Below are positions 41,865-53,642 of a stretch of 64,000 nucleotides of DNA, piece by piece. A program made the translations under genes and the position numbers. Numbering within the stretch: position 1 is the first letter of the stretch; the number at the start of each line of letters is the position of its first letter. The stretch is taken from assembly GCA_951406725.2 (NCBI GenBank), contig OX597818.1, forward strand, positions 104,966,001 to 105,030,000, given 5' to 3'. Source of the stretch: Octopus vulgaris (lineage: Eukaryota). The notes under the pieces were generated by a model. That model saw nothing but the letters and a program-made list of their open reading frames with translations. It had not been told where the DNA came from and did no database searches.

Positions 41865-42072
41865 CCCGGCCAAAACCGCCTCTGGCTCTGTAGTACAAAT
41901 GTCTTGTTTCCATAAGTATTGAATTAAAAATCTTCCCCCAAACCTTAGTCACAATTTATGTTCCCAACACTAGCTGAATGATAACTAAGTTCTTTTACTG
42001 AATTCTTTGTTATATTTAAAATTAATTGAAAGAAACACAGAGCACCTCAACAGAAATACGGTAACAAAAGGG
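41865..42072. mobile_element. piggyBac-like MITE
   Basis: TTAA on both flanks (41861-64 and 42073-76) with CCC...GGG termini. Confidence 0.65.
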
Positions 42073-43855
42073 TTAAGCAAACAACAACCACCAACATCAA
42101 CATTTTAATGCTTGCTTTTCCATGCTTGCATGGGTCAGAAAGAATTTGTTAAGGCAGATACCCTTTCTGTGACAAATGCTTATCTGTTTCCAAGAAAGAT
42201 AATATTTTTGACATGTTTGCATGAAAGATTGGAAATGATAATCATTGCTTATGTCACGGTTGTTTGTTCCTTTTCTAGCCATGCCTGGCTTATTAGGGCC
42301 GGTTTCCTGATTTCCTTGGCATATAGGTTCCCAACCTGGACATGACGCCGGTCCGTTGCAGGTGAGTTGCAAGATGCAGGAGGAAAGAGTGAGAGAAAGT
42401 TGTGGCGAAAGAGTCAGCAGAAGTTTGCCATTACCTTCTGCCAGAGCCACGTGGAGCTTTGGTGTTTCACTCATAAACACACACACATCGCCCGGTCTGG
42501 GATTCGAACCCACGATCCCTCGACCACGAGTCTGCTGCTCTAACCACTAGGCCATGTGCCTCCATCTTATGTGATGGTAACACTCATTTATAACTTCCTC
42601 ATAATGTGTCAAAACAACAACACACACACATATATAAACGTAATGGGCTTCTTTCAGTTAGTTTCCATCCCCCAAATGGACTCACTAGTTTTTAGTTGTT
42701 GCAAAGATACGGTAGAAGACACCTGTCCAAGTGCCACATAGTGGAACTGAACTGGAAACCATGTGATTAGAAAGCAAGCTTCTTAACCACATTTAAACTC
42801 ATTAAAACTTTAAAATGTCTAACAACTTTCATCATAGGCGTAAGAGTGGCTGTGTGGTAAGTAGCTTGCTTACCAACCACATGGTTCCAGGTTCAGTCCC
42901 ACTGTATAGCACAATGGGCAAGTGTCTTCTACTATCGCCTCGGGCCAACCAAAGCCTTGTGAGTGGATTTGGTAGACAGAAACTGAAAGAAGCCCATCAT
43001 ATATATGTATATATATATGTGTGTGTGTGTGTATGTGTTTGTGTGTCTGTGTTTGTCCCCCCAAAATTGCTTGACAACCGATACTGGTGTGTTTACGTCC
43101 CCATAACTTAGTGGTTTGGCAAAAGAGACTGATAGAATAAGTACTAGGCTTACAAAAAATAAGTCCTGGGGTCGATTTGCTCGACTAAAGGCAGTGCTCC
43201 AGCATGGCCACAGTCAAATGACTGAATCAAGTGAAGAGTATGATAATACATTTATTCCTTTATTGCCCACAGGGGGCTAAACATAGAGGGGACAAACAAG
43301 GACAGACAAAGGAATTAAGTCAATTACATCGACCCCAGTGCGTAAATAGTACTCATTTTATCGACCCCCAAAAGGATCAAAGGCAAAATTGACCTCGGCG
43401 GAATTTGAACTCAGAAGTAGCGGCAGACAAAATACTGCTAAGCATTTCGCCTGGCATGCTAACAATTCTGCCAGCTCACCACCTTGATTATATGTGAGAA
43501 TATATTGCTTTCAATGTTGTTGCAATGTTGTGCTAGACAACTATCATGCACAAAATGCCAACTTCAAAACCCTGTTTTCTGGTTGAGTAAAAATAATCCG
43601 ACTTTAAAACCTTTGTATCATTTTCCTAAAAATTCTTCTGGAACAAAGTGAAAAACAAAATCAGATTCACTGTGAAAATTTATAGGCGTAGGAGTGGCTG
43701 TGTGGTAAGTAGCTTGCTTACCAACCACATGGTTCCAGGTTTAGTCCCACTGAGTGGCAACTTGGGCAAGTGTCTTCTACTATAGCCTCAGGCAGACCAA
43801 TGCCTTGTGAGTGGATTAGGTAGACAGAAACTGAAAGAAGCCCCTCGTATATATG

Positions 43856-43926
<71 letters not shown>

Positions 43927-44674
43927 GTGAATGTGTGTGTGTTTGTGTTTGTCCCTCCAACATCGCTTGACAACTGATGCTGGTGTGTTTGTCACCGTAA
44001 CTTAGTGGTTCGGCAAAAGAGACTGATAGAATAAGTACTAGGCTTACAAAAAAAAAGTCCTGGGGTCAATTTGCTCAACTAAAGGCGGTACTCCAGCATG
44101 GCTGCAGTCAAATGACTGAAACAAGTAAAAGAGTAAATACCAAATTTGAAACTTTTCACTTAATTTTGAATTTTCAAATCTGTGACAGCAACAGAAAAGA
44201 ATCCCTTTTAGATCTTGCAGGGGACAAGGTAACCTCACTAGTGCTGGAACCATATGATAATATGCAATCTCTAAAATGGTTGTGAATGAGTGGAGACAGC
44301 AAAGGATCAAGAAGACTCTTTTGTTTGGGCTAAAATTCAAAGCAGTGCCCTAGCATGGCTGCAGTCTAATGATCAAAACAAGTAAAAGAATTAAATAGAT
44401 GTAGTCCAAGCATCACATTTTACTTGGTATAAAAACAAACAAGGATGATAAAAATAACAAGAGGTGATGGTCACTGATAGGACACCTTTGATTTTATATA
44501 TATATATCATCATCATCATCATCATTTAACGTCCGTTTTTCCATGCTAGCATGGGTTGGACAGTTCAACCGGGGTCTGGTAAGTCATGGAGGCTGCACCA
44601 GGGTCCAGTCTGGTTTGGCAGTGTTTCTACAGCTGGATGCCCTTCCGTAGAAACACTGCCAAACCAGACTGATG

Positions 44675-44733
<59 letters not shown>

Positions 44734-44961
44734 GTTTGTGTATCTGTGTTTGTCACCCCAACATCGCTTGACAACCGATGCTGGTGTGTTTACATCCCCC
44801 GTAACTTAGCAGTTCGGCAAAAGAGACCGATAGAATAAGTAGATAAGTACTAGGCTTATAAAGAATAAGTCCTGGGGTCGATTTGCACAACTAAAGGCGG
44901 TGCTCCAGCATGGCCGCGATCAAATGACTGAAACAAGTAAAAGAGTAATCAATTAAATAAT

Positions 44962-45945
44962 TAATACCTTGTCCCACATGAAATGTCATATTTTAAAAGG
45001 ATTTCTTATGAGTCATGTATAAATGGATTTTGAATGAGTTTCTATGTATATGCTTAACTCTTTTCCTTTCTAAGCAATACTATTATTCAAAATTGCTACC
45101 CACAGCTCTTATGACAATGTTGATAACTGAACAATACAGAGTGATTTTCTTGTACGACAAGTTGGGTCACTCTGCCACTGAAGCTCTACAAAACATCAAG
45201 CGGGCTTTTGGAAATGATTCTTATTTCTTTACTGCCCACAAGGGGCTACACAGAGGGGACAAACAAGGACAGACAAACGGATTAAGTCAATTACATCGAC
45301 CCCCAGGGCGTAACTGGTACTTATTTAATCGACCCCGAAAGGATGAAAGGCAAAGTCAACCTAGACGGAATTTGAACTAAGAACTTAGCAGCAGACGAAA
45401 TACCGCTAAAAATTTCACCCGGCGTGCTAACGTTTCTGCCAGCTTGCCGCCTTCTTTTGGCAATGATTCTGTTGACATTAGAACTGTTCGGAGATGGTTC
45501 CAAAGATTTTGTTCAGGAAATGAAAGCCTTAAAAATGAACCAAGAGGGAGAACGATATCTGAGAACAACTGTCCGAGAAATTGGATCAGAGCTCCAGACA
45601 TCATCTACAACTGCTTTTTGACACTCGAAGAAAATTGGAAAAGTCAAAAAGATGGATAGGTTTGTTCCCCATCAACTTAATGAGATTCAAAGAAACAGAC
45701 GCCTTACAGTGTGTTCCATGTTGATTTTTCATTTGGAAAGGGAGCCATTTTTGTATCGACTCATTACATGTGATGAGAAATGGATACTCTTTGATAACAG
45801 CAGGAGAACAAGACAGTGGTTAGATGCAGGAAAGTCACCAAAACACTACCCAAAACCACCATTGCACCCTTAAAAAGTTGATGGTCACTGTATAATGGTC
45901 AACAAAGGGGGTTATTTATTATTCATTTTTGCAACAGGAGGCTTT
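44962..45945 (+). mobile_element. Decayed mariner transposase interrupted by a SINE
   Basis: Reads RVIFLYDKLGHSATEALQNIKRAFGNDS|VDIRTVRRWFQRF...FVPHQLNE...LITCDEKWILFDN..QWL. The SINE at 45222-45453 is flanked by a 17-bp TSD CTTTTGG(A/C)AATGATTCT (45205-45221, 45454-45470). Confidence 0.88.
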
Positions 45946-46348
45946 TTCATTATACATTTTTGCAACAAGGAAGAACTGTAACTTCTCCCCACTACCAGCC
46001 GATACAGTTTGGCACCAGTGACATTGGAACTCATTTTTGCCAGCTGAGTGAACTGGAGCAACGTGAAATAAAGTATCTTCCTCAAAAATACAACACACAG
46101 CCTAGTCTGGGAATTGAACTCACTACCCCAAGAATGTGAGCCCAATGCGCTAAACACTGAGCCTTGTGCCTTCACAGGCGCATGGTTCAGAGACACCGGC
46201 TGACAACATAAAAGGGTTTCCAGCATTGCAATGAATTTAGAACATGCAAAATCTCTGAGTAATTTCTGCAGCTTCAGTGTGGGGGCGAAGCATCTCTGAT
46301 GTTTATTCCATCAACAAAATGTAGTTAAAAAGAAAGACAAATACTTAT

Positions 46349-46426
46349 TGTCTAATCCATTCTCAGCAGCAAGAGGTCGAATATCAGGCTTCTGATAAAA
46401 TGTATTTAATAATTGCAATCAGTTGG
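46349..46426 (-). pseudogene. SUPV3L1: SUV3 exon 2 (78 nt) with in-frame TGA and AT donor
   Basis: Acceptor ttttattttcAG. Reads (A)N*LQLLNTFYQKPDIRPLAAENGLD, similar to human [21 protein letters not shown]. TGA at 46421-46419. The 3' boundary is ATAAGT instead of GTAAGT. Confidence 0.82.
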
Positions 46427-46592
46427 CTGAAAATAAAAGACGGAAAAAATGTTAAGAAGTAACTCAAAACACAACTAAATATCACAGCCGGTGGCACGTA
46501 AAAAGCACCAACTGTACGTGGCCATTGCCAGCCTACCCTGGCACCTAAAAAGCACCATCCGTACGTGGCCAATTCCAGCGCCACTTTGACTG

Positions 46593-46667
<75 letters not shown>

Positions 46668-46971
46668 GAGGCGCGGCCCAGTGGTTAGGGCAGCAGACTC
46701 ACGGTCGTAGGATCGCGGTTTCGATTCCCAGACCGGGCGCTGTGTGTGTTTATTGAGCGAAAACACCTAAAGTTCCACGAGGCTCCAGCAGGGGTTGGTG
46801 GCGGTCCCTGCTGTACTCTTTCGCCACAACTTTCTCTCACTCTTTCTTCTGTTGGCCTGCTCGCTTAGCCAGCGAGGTGGCGTCATTTGAAGGCTAAAAA
46901 AAAACAATGCAAAGCACATTGTGACCAGCGATGTGTAGCAACATCTGATAGTCTGGTCGGTCACGGTCACG

Positions 46972-47023
<52 letters not shown>

Positions 47024-47026
47024 CAC

Positions 47027-47695
47027 ATGAGGGTTGGCAGAAAAGTTCACAGGCTGACTATGAAGAAGTGATACTAGAGCCGTGAAATCTTGTATGCATT
47101 AATTTCAACCCTCCTTATTAATAACTGCAGGGTATCTTTCCAGGTAGACTGACATCTGACTGTTCAAAGACGACTTCAAAAGTAACTAGTAGTGACACTT
47201 CTTGAAAATAGATAAAATTTGGCATCATGCTGTTATCAAATACCTGTAGAAAAGGGTTTAGCCCCCAATGACAATCATGCTAACATTTTTGCAATGTTAG
47301 GGAATGATGCTCCAGTTTTCTCAACAGTGTAAAAGTGAGCAGCTGAATTTAGAAGGGTAAGTCTTGAAGATGACCCAATGTCTGGACATACTGCAATTGT
47401 CACCACCAAGGGAAACCTTGATCATGTACACCACATAGGGATAGATGACAGACAATTGATTATAAGTCAAATAGTCATGAAAGAGCATATCCCATGAAAG
47501 AAGTGATGATATTATGCACAATGAACTTGGCATGAGGAAGGTTTCTGCTTGGTGGGTGGCATGTCTTCTGATGCCTGATCAAAAGCACACCAGGCTGATC
47601 ACATCACAAGAAAATGTGACATTGTTTCAGACAGATCCAGCTGGTTTTCTTGAACATTTCCTAACCTAGGATGAGTGTTGGCTTCATCAGAGATG
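47027..47695 (+). mobile_element. Second decayed mariner (5' end and N-terminal transposase)
   Basis: TGAGGGTTGGCAGAAAAGTTC terminus. Reads DKIWHHAVIKYL*KKGLAP...AAEFRR..SLEDDP.SG...HNELGMRKVSAWWV..LL...FLT*DECW across frameshifts. Confidence 0.82.
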
Positions 47696-47743
47696 ATCCA
47701 GAGAATCACTGTAGGATAACACATACACACACAAAGATCACAC

Positions 47744-47814
<71 letters not shown>

Positions 47815-48013
47815 CATGTATGTTATCCTACAGTGTCTGATAAAAAAAACGTGACTGCCATTTCCAAACGCCTTGTTCATCGATCTTCTCGAAGAGACCC
47901 GTCCTAACGCTAAACAAAACTCGCATAACTTTCCACGATATAACGCTTCGTTAAAAGAAATCAATAAGCTTAATTTGCAAATTGACTTTCAGTATGGGTG
48001 GCCACTACCTATC

Positions 48014-48950
48014 GGTAGTACTAGCGAAGACTGGACCTGGTGTGTGCACACGCGCGTCCGCACTAGCTAGTCGTAAGTAGTCGATCCTACAACGACTTGC
48101 GCGTATGCAAATGAGTTGATTGGCAAATGAGTTGATTTTAAAGAATAAAATAAAAGAATTTTTTAAAGAAAGTAAATAAATTATTTCTTAGAACAATATA
48201 TATGATTTTTTTACACAAATAAAATAAAATGTGTGTGATATATTCTTTTAGTTTTCATATTCTTTAGTTTTTAATCATGTGTGTGTTTATGTGTGATATA
48301 TTCTTTTACTAGTTTTTAGTTTTTGGACAGCATCCATAGTAGGTACATCATTCAGGTATATGTATTTTGTTTATTTCCGTAAACCTGCCTTCGTCTTTTG
48401 TCTATTTTCATAAAGCTTCCCGTTATATATATATATATTTTTATATATATATATATATATATGTGGTGTGTGTGTGTATGTATATATATGTGTGTGTATA
48501 TGTGTATATGTGTGTGTATATACATGTGTGTGTATGTGAGTATATATATATGTGTGTGTATGTATGTGTGCGTGTGTATATGTGCGCATATGTGTGTGTA
48601 TGTGTGTATGTAAAAAAATCATATACATTGTTCTAAGAAATAATTTATTTACTTTCTTTAAAAAATTCTTTTATTTTATTCTGTAAAATCAACTCATTTG
48701 CATACGCGCAAGTCGTTGTAGGATCGACTACTTACGACTAGCTAGTGCGGACGCGCGACTGCGCGCACCGGGTCCAGTCTTCGCTAGTAGTACCAATTTA
48801 TTTACTCAGTTTAAAAAATTATTTACTTTGATATGTATTCAGCCTTGAAATACAAACATACGCGCAAGTTGTTGTAGGATCGACTACTTACGACTAGCTA
48901 GCGCGGATGCACGAGTGCGCGCACCGGGACCACTGTTCGCTAGTAGTACC
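48014..48950. mobile_element. Merlin-like fold-back MITE family A (GGTA(C/G)TACT termini): inverted arms plus an extra right arm
   Basis: 48014-48213 is inverted relative to 48608-48794, with an additional right end at 48857-48950. No TSD found for this copy. Confidence 0.7.
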
Positions 48951-49757
48951 ATAACAAGATATCGACGAAGCCTTTACGTGACAAAATGACAACATAGTTT
49001 AATTCTCACTGACTATAATTCATGCATACATGTACGATGTCTTTTCTTCTTCTTATCACTCTATACAAATGATTATTAAATATACAGGACATAGCTAATA
49101 ATTTATTTTGACAATAGCGCCAGAAACCACACCTGCGATATTACCCCGTTACGATTGCAATCCAAATTCTCTGAAACAGCCTTGCAGAAGTAAGGGCTGG
49201 CCCAACACCTCCAACATTTTGAAATCCAGTTCTGAAATAAACTTAAAAGAGAGGGACCTCAAGCTACCGGCTGAAATATTTTATGACCGAGTAGATAACA
49301 ATATTTGCCAGGTTTTATTTCCTCGACATGTAACTTGTACACAACGAAAATGAGTAATATGAAATAGAAATAACACGTATATATATAATTTTTTCGATGC
49401 TGAAAATAATACAAAATATATTCATAGGAAACAAGATTAAAACTAGATATGAGATTTACTGTGGGGTCGGGCTGTTTGTTCTCAAATATAATGTTTATCT
49501 TTGTTTATAAGTTCGTGAACATGACCTTTACAAACTTCCCTAGATATATAAGCTTAAAGGGGCCAAAACCAAACCTGAAAGAGTGCAGACAAAATGTAAG
49601 TGAGGATGGAACAAGGAAATTTAATCTGAAAGCCTGCAAAAAAGTAAATTTTGCTGAAGTTATCCAAGTACTAGATTGTCTCATGTTAAACCGGGTACCG
49701 TATATTTTGCTAATTACCGAATATTATTACATTAATACTCGAAGGTCACTTACTTAC

Positions 49758-50025
49758 CTTTATTACGTGTTCCACTGAGTTCGGCCCCGATATTGTCACT
49801 ATTTTTATTCATCGGAGAAGCTCTCAGAGGATGGAATAAAGAACTTAAATCCTTGTTTTGGCCGGTATTCTTCCAACGACATGGTAAATAAAATACATCA
49901 GCAGACGATCGATGAGGACTATGATAAACCGTGTTTAAACAAGAAATGTTACGATGATATAATTTAGATACAGTAACAGTATTTCGAAAATATTTTGGAG
50001 ATCTTAAAGCGAATGTTAGAGCCAT
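49758..50025 (-). pseudogene. SUPV3L1: SUV3 exon 1 (268 nt; N-terminus resembling a mitochondrial targeting peptide)
   Basis: ATG at 50025. Reads MALTFALRSPKYFRN...SSLFHPLRASPMNKNSDNIGAELSGTRNK, similar to human TSLFVPL..DVGAELTRPLDK (recalled). Ends G|GTAAGT, phase 1. Frame is open. Confidence 0.85.
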
Positions 50026-50307
50026 TGATGCAAATTAAATTTCTTTTAGTATACATATATTGTATTTAAATATAATTTCCTCACTATTTGTGTCATTGCT
50101 CTGTGTAGGCCATATGCACCGCGTGTTTTCACAAGGGAGATGACTCTGGTGGACTTACACAAAAGAAAACTACATCCATTAATAGTTGAATACTTTCAGA
50201 CTTGCTTACAAGGCAGATAAATCTTCTTGTGGTAATAGACGGGTGGAGGGCGAGAAATTTGCGAATTTTTATTATATCCATATCTGTATTTTTGTGTTAA
50301 ATTCAGG

Positions 50308-51202
50308 AGATCTTTTCGCTTTGACCGGCAGATTTTTAAAATAATTTCTTTGTAACTAAACACTTTTAAACTTCGTATACTGGTAGAATGTGTTTATAAA
50401 ACATCTTTTTCTTTTGGCTTTATTGAGAAAATTCTATAGTTTGTAAGATATTTGTTGGGTTTTTTTCTTCAATTTCTGTAATTTCAACCAATCAATGACG
50501 TCTATTGAGGTGAAAACATTCTGTGCCGTATGAATATGTCCCTCGTTTAAGAAACAGATTGGGTTTGTTTACATTTCTGAAGAAAAAAAGATACCCTTCC
50601 CCCCACCCCTAATCCTAAAACAGATTGAAATGCAATAGATCGATACTAGGGTCATAATTATGGGTGACAATTTCATATGACACCGCTAGAAAAACTGCCG
50701 TTCAAACCGAAAAGATCCCAGTGCATATTTTCGCTTTGACCGGCAGATTTTTAAAAATTTCTTTGCAACTAAACACTTTTAAACTTCGTATACTGCTAGA
50801 ATGTGTTGAAAAAATATTTTTTTTCTCTTAATAATTATGGGTGGACACTAAAGAGGGAACGGTTTTGTTATCCAGCTCTGTTTACAAGTGACCCCTCGGT
50901 TTATGGCCACAGGGTATCTTTTTTCTCATAAATAACAGTGACAAATTCATATGACACCGCAAATAACTATTGTTGATAAAAATTTGGAGAGATTGTATTC
51001 ACCTCAATAAATGTCATTGATTGGTTGGAATTGCCGAAATGCAAGAAATTAAACAACAAATAGCTTACAAACTACAGAATTTTCTCAAGAAAGCCAAGAG
51101 AAAAAGATGTTTTATGTAACACACTACTAGTATACGAAGTTTAAAAGTGTTTAGTTACAAAGAAATTATTTTAAAATTCTGTCGGTCAAAGTGAAAGGAT
51201 CC
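50308..51202. mobile_element. Merlin-like composite MITE family B with 8-bp TSD
   Basis: Termini (A)GATCTTTTCGCTTTGACCGGCAG / CTGTCGGTCAAAGTGAAAGGATCC. TSD AATTCAGG at 50300-50307 and 51203-51210. Internal TIR ends at about 50718 and 50727. Confidence 0.85.
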
Positions 51203-51208
51203 AATTCA

Positions 51209-51786
51209 GGTACTACTTAAGAAGAGTGGTCCCGGTGCTTGCACTCGCGTAGTCACGCATCCGCGCTAGCTAGTCGTGACTAGTCTATCCTACAACGACT
51301 ACCTAGCAAAGTAAATAACACAAAATAAATATTTTTTTTATACAAAGTAAATAATTTTTCGGATCTTTTCGCTTTGACCGGCAGATTTTTAAAATAATTT
51401 CTTTGTAACTAAACACTTTCAAACTTCGTATACTGGTAGAATGTGTTTATAAAACATCTTTTTCTCTTGGCTTTATTGAGAAAATTCTTGAGAAAATGCA
51501 AGAAATTAAACAACAAATAGCTTACAAACTACAGAATTTTCTCAAGAAAGCCAAGAGAAAAAGATGTTTTATTAACACATTCTACCAGTATACAAAGTTT
51601 GAATGTGTTTAGTTACAAAGAAATTATTTAAAAAATCTGCCGGTCAAAGCGTAAAGATCCAATTTTTCTAAACAAAGTAAATAAAATACAAAAACACCAA
51701 GTAAGGATCGACTAGTCACGACTAGCTAGCGCGGATGCGCGACTACGCAAGTGCGTGCACCGGGACCACTCTTCTTAAGTAGTACC
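51209..51786. mobile_element. Merlin-like MITE family A with 9-bp TSD
   Basis: TIR GGTACTACTTAAGAAGAGTGGTCCCGGTGC at both ends. TSD TTAAATTCA at 50297-50305 (displaced by the family B insertion) and 51787-51795. Confidence 0.85.
51361..51660. mobile_element. Palindromic Merlin-like MITE family B nested in family A
   Basis: GGATCTTTTCGCTTTGACCGGCAG...CTGCCGGTCAAAGCGTAAAGATCC with perfect 8-bp TSD AATTTTTC (51353-51360, 51661-51668). Confidence 0.9.
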
Positions 51787-53111
51787 TTAAATTCATTTGT
51801 TGCCAACAACTGAAATCAACCATATGGATATAGCTGAGATGTATTTGAAACCCTTGAGATTAAGAAGTTTTGGTTCCTAACCACTTGCTCTCAGATTCAA
51901 TCTCAGTGTGTGGTAACCTGGGCAACTTCATCAGCTATAGCCCCGAGCAGGACAAAGCTTTGTGCGTGGATATGGTAGACAGAAAATAAAAGAATCCAGT
52001 TGATTGTGTGTACATACATACGTACATACATACATGGTGGCTGCCCCCTCGTTATCGAGTATGTGTGTATATGTGTGTAGTTCAGTTGCCAGAGATAAAA
52101 ATAGTGGTGATGAGGTGTCAGAGTGTACCCTCAAGGTAGAAGAAGAAAGTGAAAGTAAGGCAGAATATGGTCAGAGGATCTGGAAGTGTGGATGCATTAA
52201 TTGTAGAGTATGTGAAAGGAGAATGACTGATGATTAAAGATCAGGATAGAGATAAATCCAATGAATGGTGAACATGATTGGGAGTGTGGTCAGTAACAAG
52301 TCTCAGTTTAGGAGGAAGCTAAAGGAAAATAGAAGTGGGTCAGGGATGGGGAGGCAGTAAGTGGCAGTACATAAAATGGGATGGCGGGGGGAACAGTATA
52401 ATATAGGTGAAGATACAAGAGAAATATGGAAATGATGTGTGTGAGGGGGTGAGGGTGAGAGATGGACTACAGTGGCAGAGCTGGAGGTTGGAGATACATA
52501 GGGATTGCTATAGAACAACGATGGCAGATATGAGAGAGTAATGAAACGAAAAAGACATTCAGTAGAGAATAAAGTGGTAAGGAATGATACTGAGAAGGCA
52601 GGATGAGTGACAAAGGAAGTGACCCCCTAAAGAGAGGGATAATTGGCAGTTCAAAAGTGGGGATGACATATATGCAGCTCTGCTCTCATAAATAATTACA
52701 GCAGCTAAGTAAATAAGTGGCAGATAAATGGGTGTTTGGAAGATAAGGGTTAAGGTTAAGGTTAGTGTTAGTTTAACAGGGACAGACTGGGTGTGGTGGC
52801 ATAGACACACACACATGCACACATACACACCTCTTTCAACCAGTATTTCTCATTTTTTAAAATTTTCTGATGAAGGACTAGCATCTGAAATGCCAGTACT
52901 CTTCTCTATCTTTTTAAGTGTTTAACTAATACAACATTTGGTAAAATGTAGCCCTCCTTTGTTATCATTTTGTGCTCATTGCCTAAATTCTACATTCTTT
53001 GGCTACTGGAGATTAGGTTGGACAAGTGTATTGATGATTGCTATTTTGCCCAAAACATGTGCCCACAATTGTCCCCTTATCTCCAGGTAAAAGGCCTGTC
53101 CCTTTCTTTGA

Positions 53112-53642
53112 TCCTTTAGTATTCAGATTACTCTGTTAAATATAATGCTTATAAAAAAAAAAGAATTGAGCGAGGTCGTTGTCAGTGCCTGGACTGGCTC
53201 CTGTGCAGGTGGCACATAAAAAGCACCATTTGAGCATGGCTATTGCCAGTACCTCCTGACTGGCCCTCGTGCCAGTGGCACGTAAAAGCACCCACTACAC
53301 TCCCGGAGTGGTTGGCATTAAGAATCCAGCTGTAGAAATTCTGCCAAATCAGATTGGAGCCTGGTGCAGCCATCTAGTTCACCAGACCTCAGTCAAATCG
53401 TCCAACCCATGCTAGCATGGAAGGCGGACGTTAAACGATGATGATGATGATGATGCTGAAGATGATTCATTCACATTGTTTTGAATTGCTCAAGCATTAT
53501 CTCAGCTTTGAGATTTCAGTAATATGATTGTAAAATTTTAGAATGACATTGCTGGGTAGGTGTGAAAGTTGGAATCTGGCCAGTTTCAACATAAAACAAG
53601 CAGAATATTTGGGTCAGGTATCACCAGTTTAATACTAAAGGG
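53112..53642. mobile_element. piggyBac-like MITE with TTGA target duplication, interrupted by a family 4 SINE
   Basis: TIR TCCTTTAGTATT / AATACTAAAGGG with TTGA at 53108-53111 and 53643-53646. A partial relative lies at about 35482-35530. Confidence 0.65.

Larger units (their letters stand above)
31445..50025 (-). pseudogene. SUPV3L1: Unprocessed (intron-containing) pseudogene copy of mitochondrial ATP-dependent RNA helicase SUV3
   Basis: Six collinear minus-strand exons translate to recognisable SUV3 segments (IGAELSG; LNTFYQKPDIRPLAAENGLD; GTPCDLVTGEER; [45 protein letters not shown]; [32 protein letters not shown]). They carry four in-frame stops and one non-canonical donor. I found no exons for Walker A (GPTNSGKT), Walker B (DEIQ) or the second RecA domain, and the flanking exon phases are incompatible. 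Confidence 0.9.

Noticed and set aside
35401-46421. Selenocysteine or mitochondrial-code reading of the three in-frame TGAs
   Set aside because: The aligned positions are not Cys or Trp in the homologue as I recall it, a TAA stop also occurs, the gene is nuclear and spliceosomal, and no SECIS was recognised.
52744-52775. Telomere-like AGGGTTAAGGTTAAGGTTAG run
   Set aside because: Only a few imperfect units, probably internal to a small repeat, and not a telomere.
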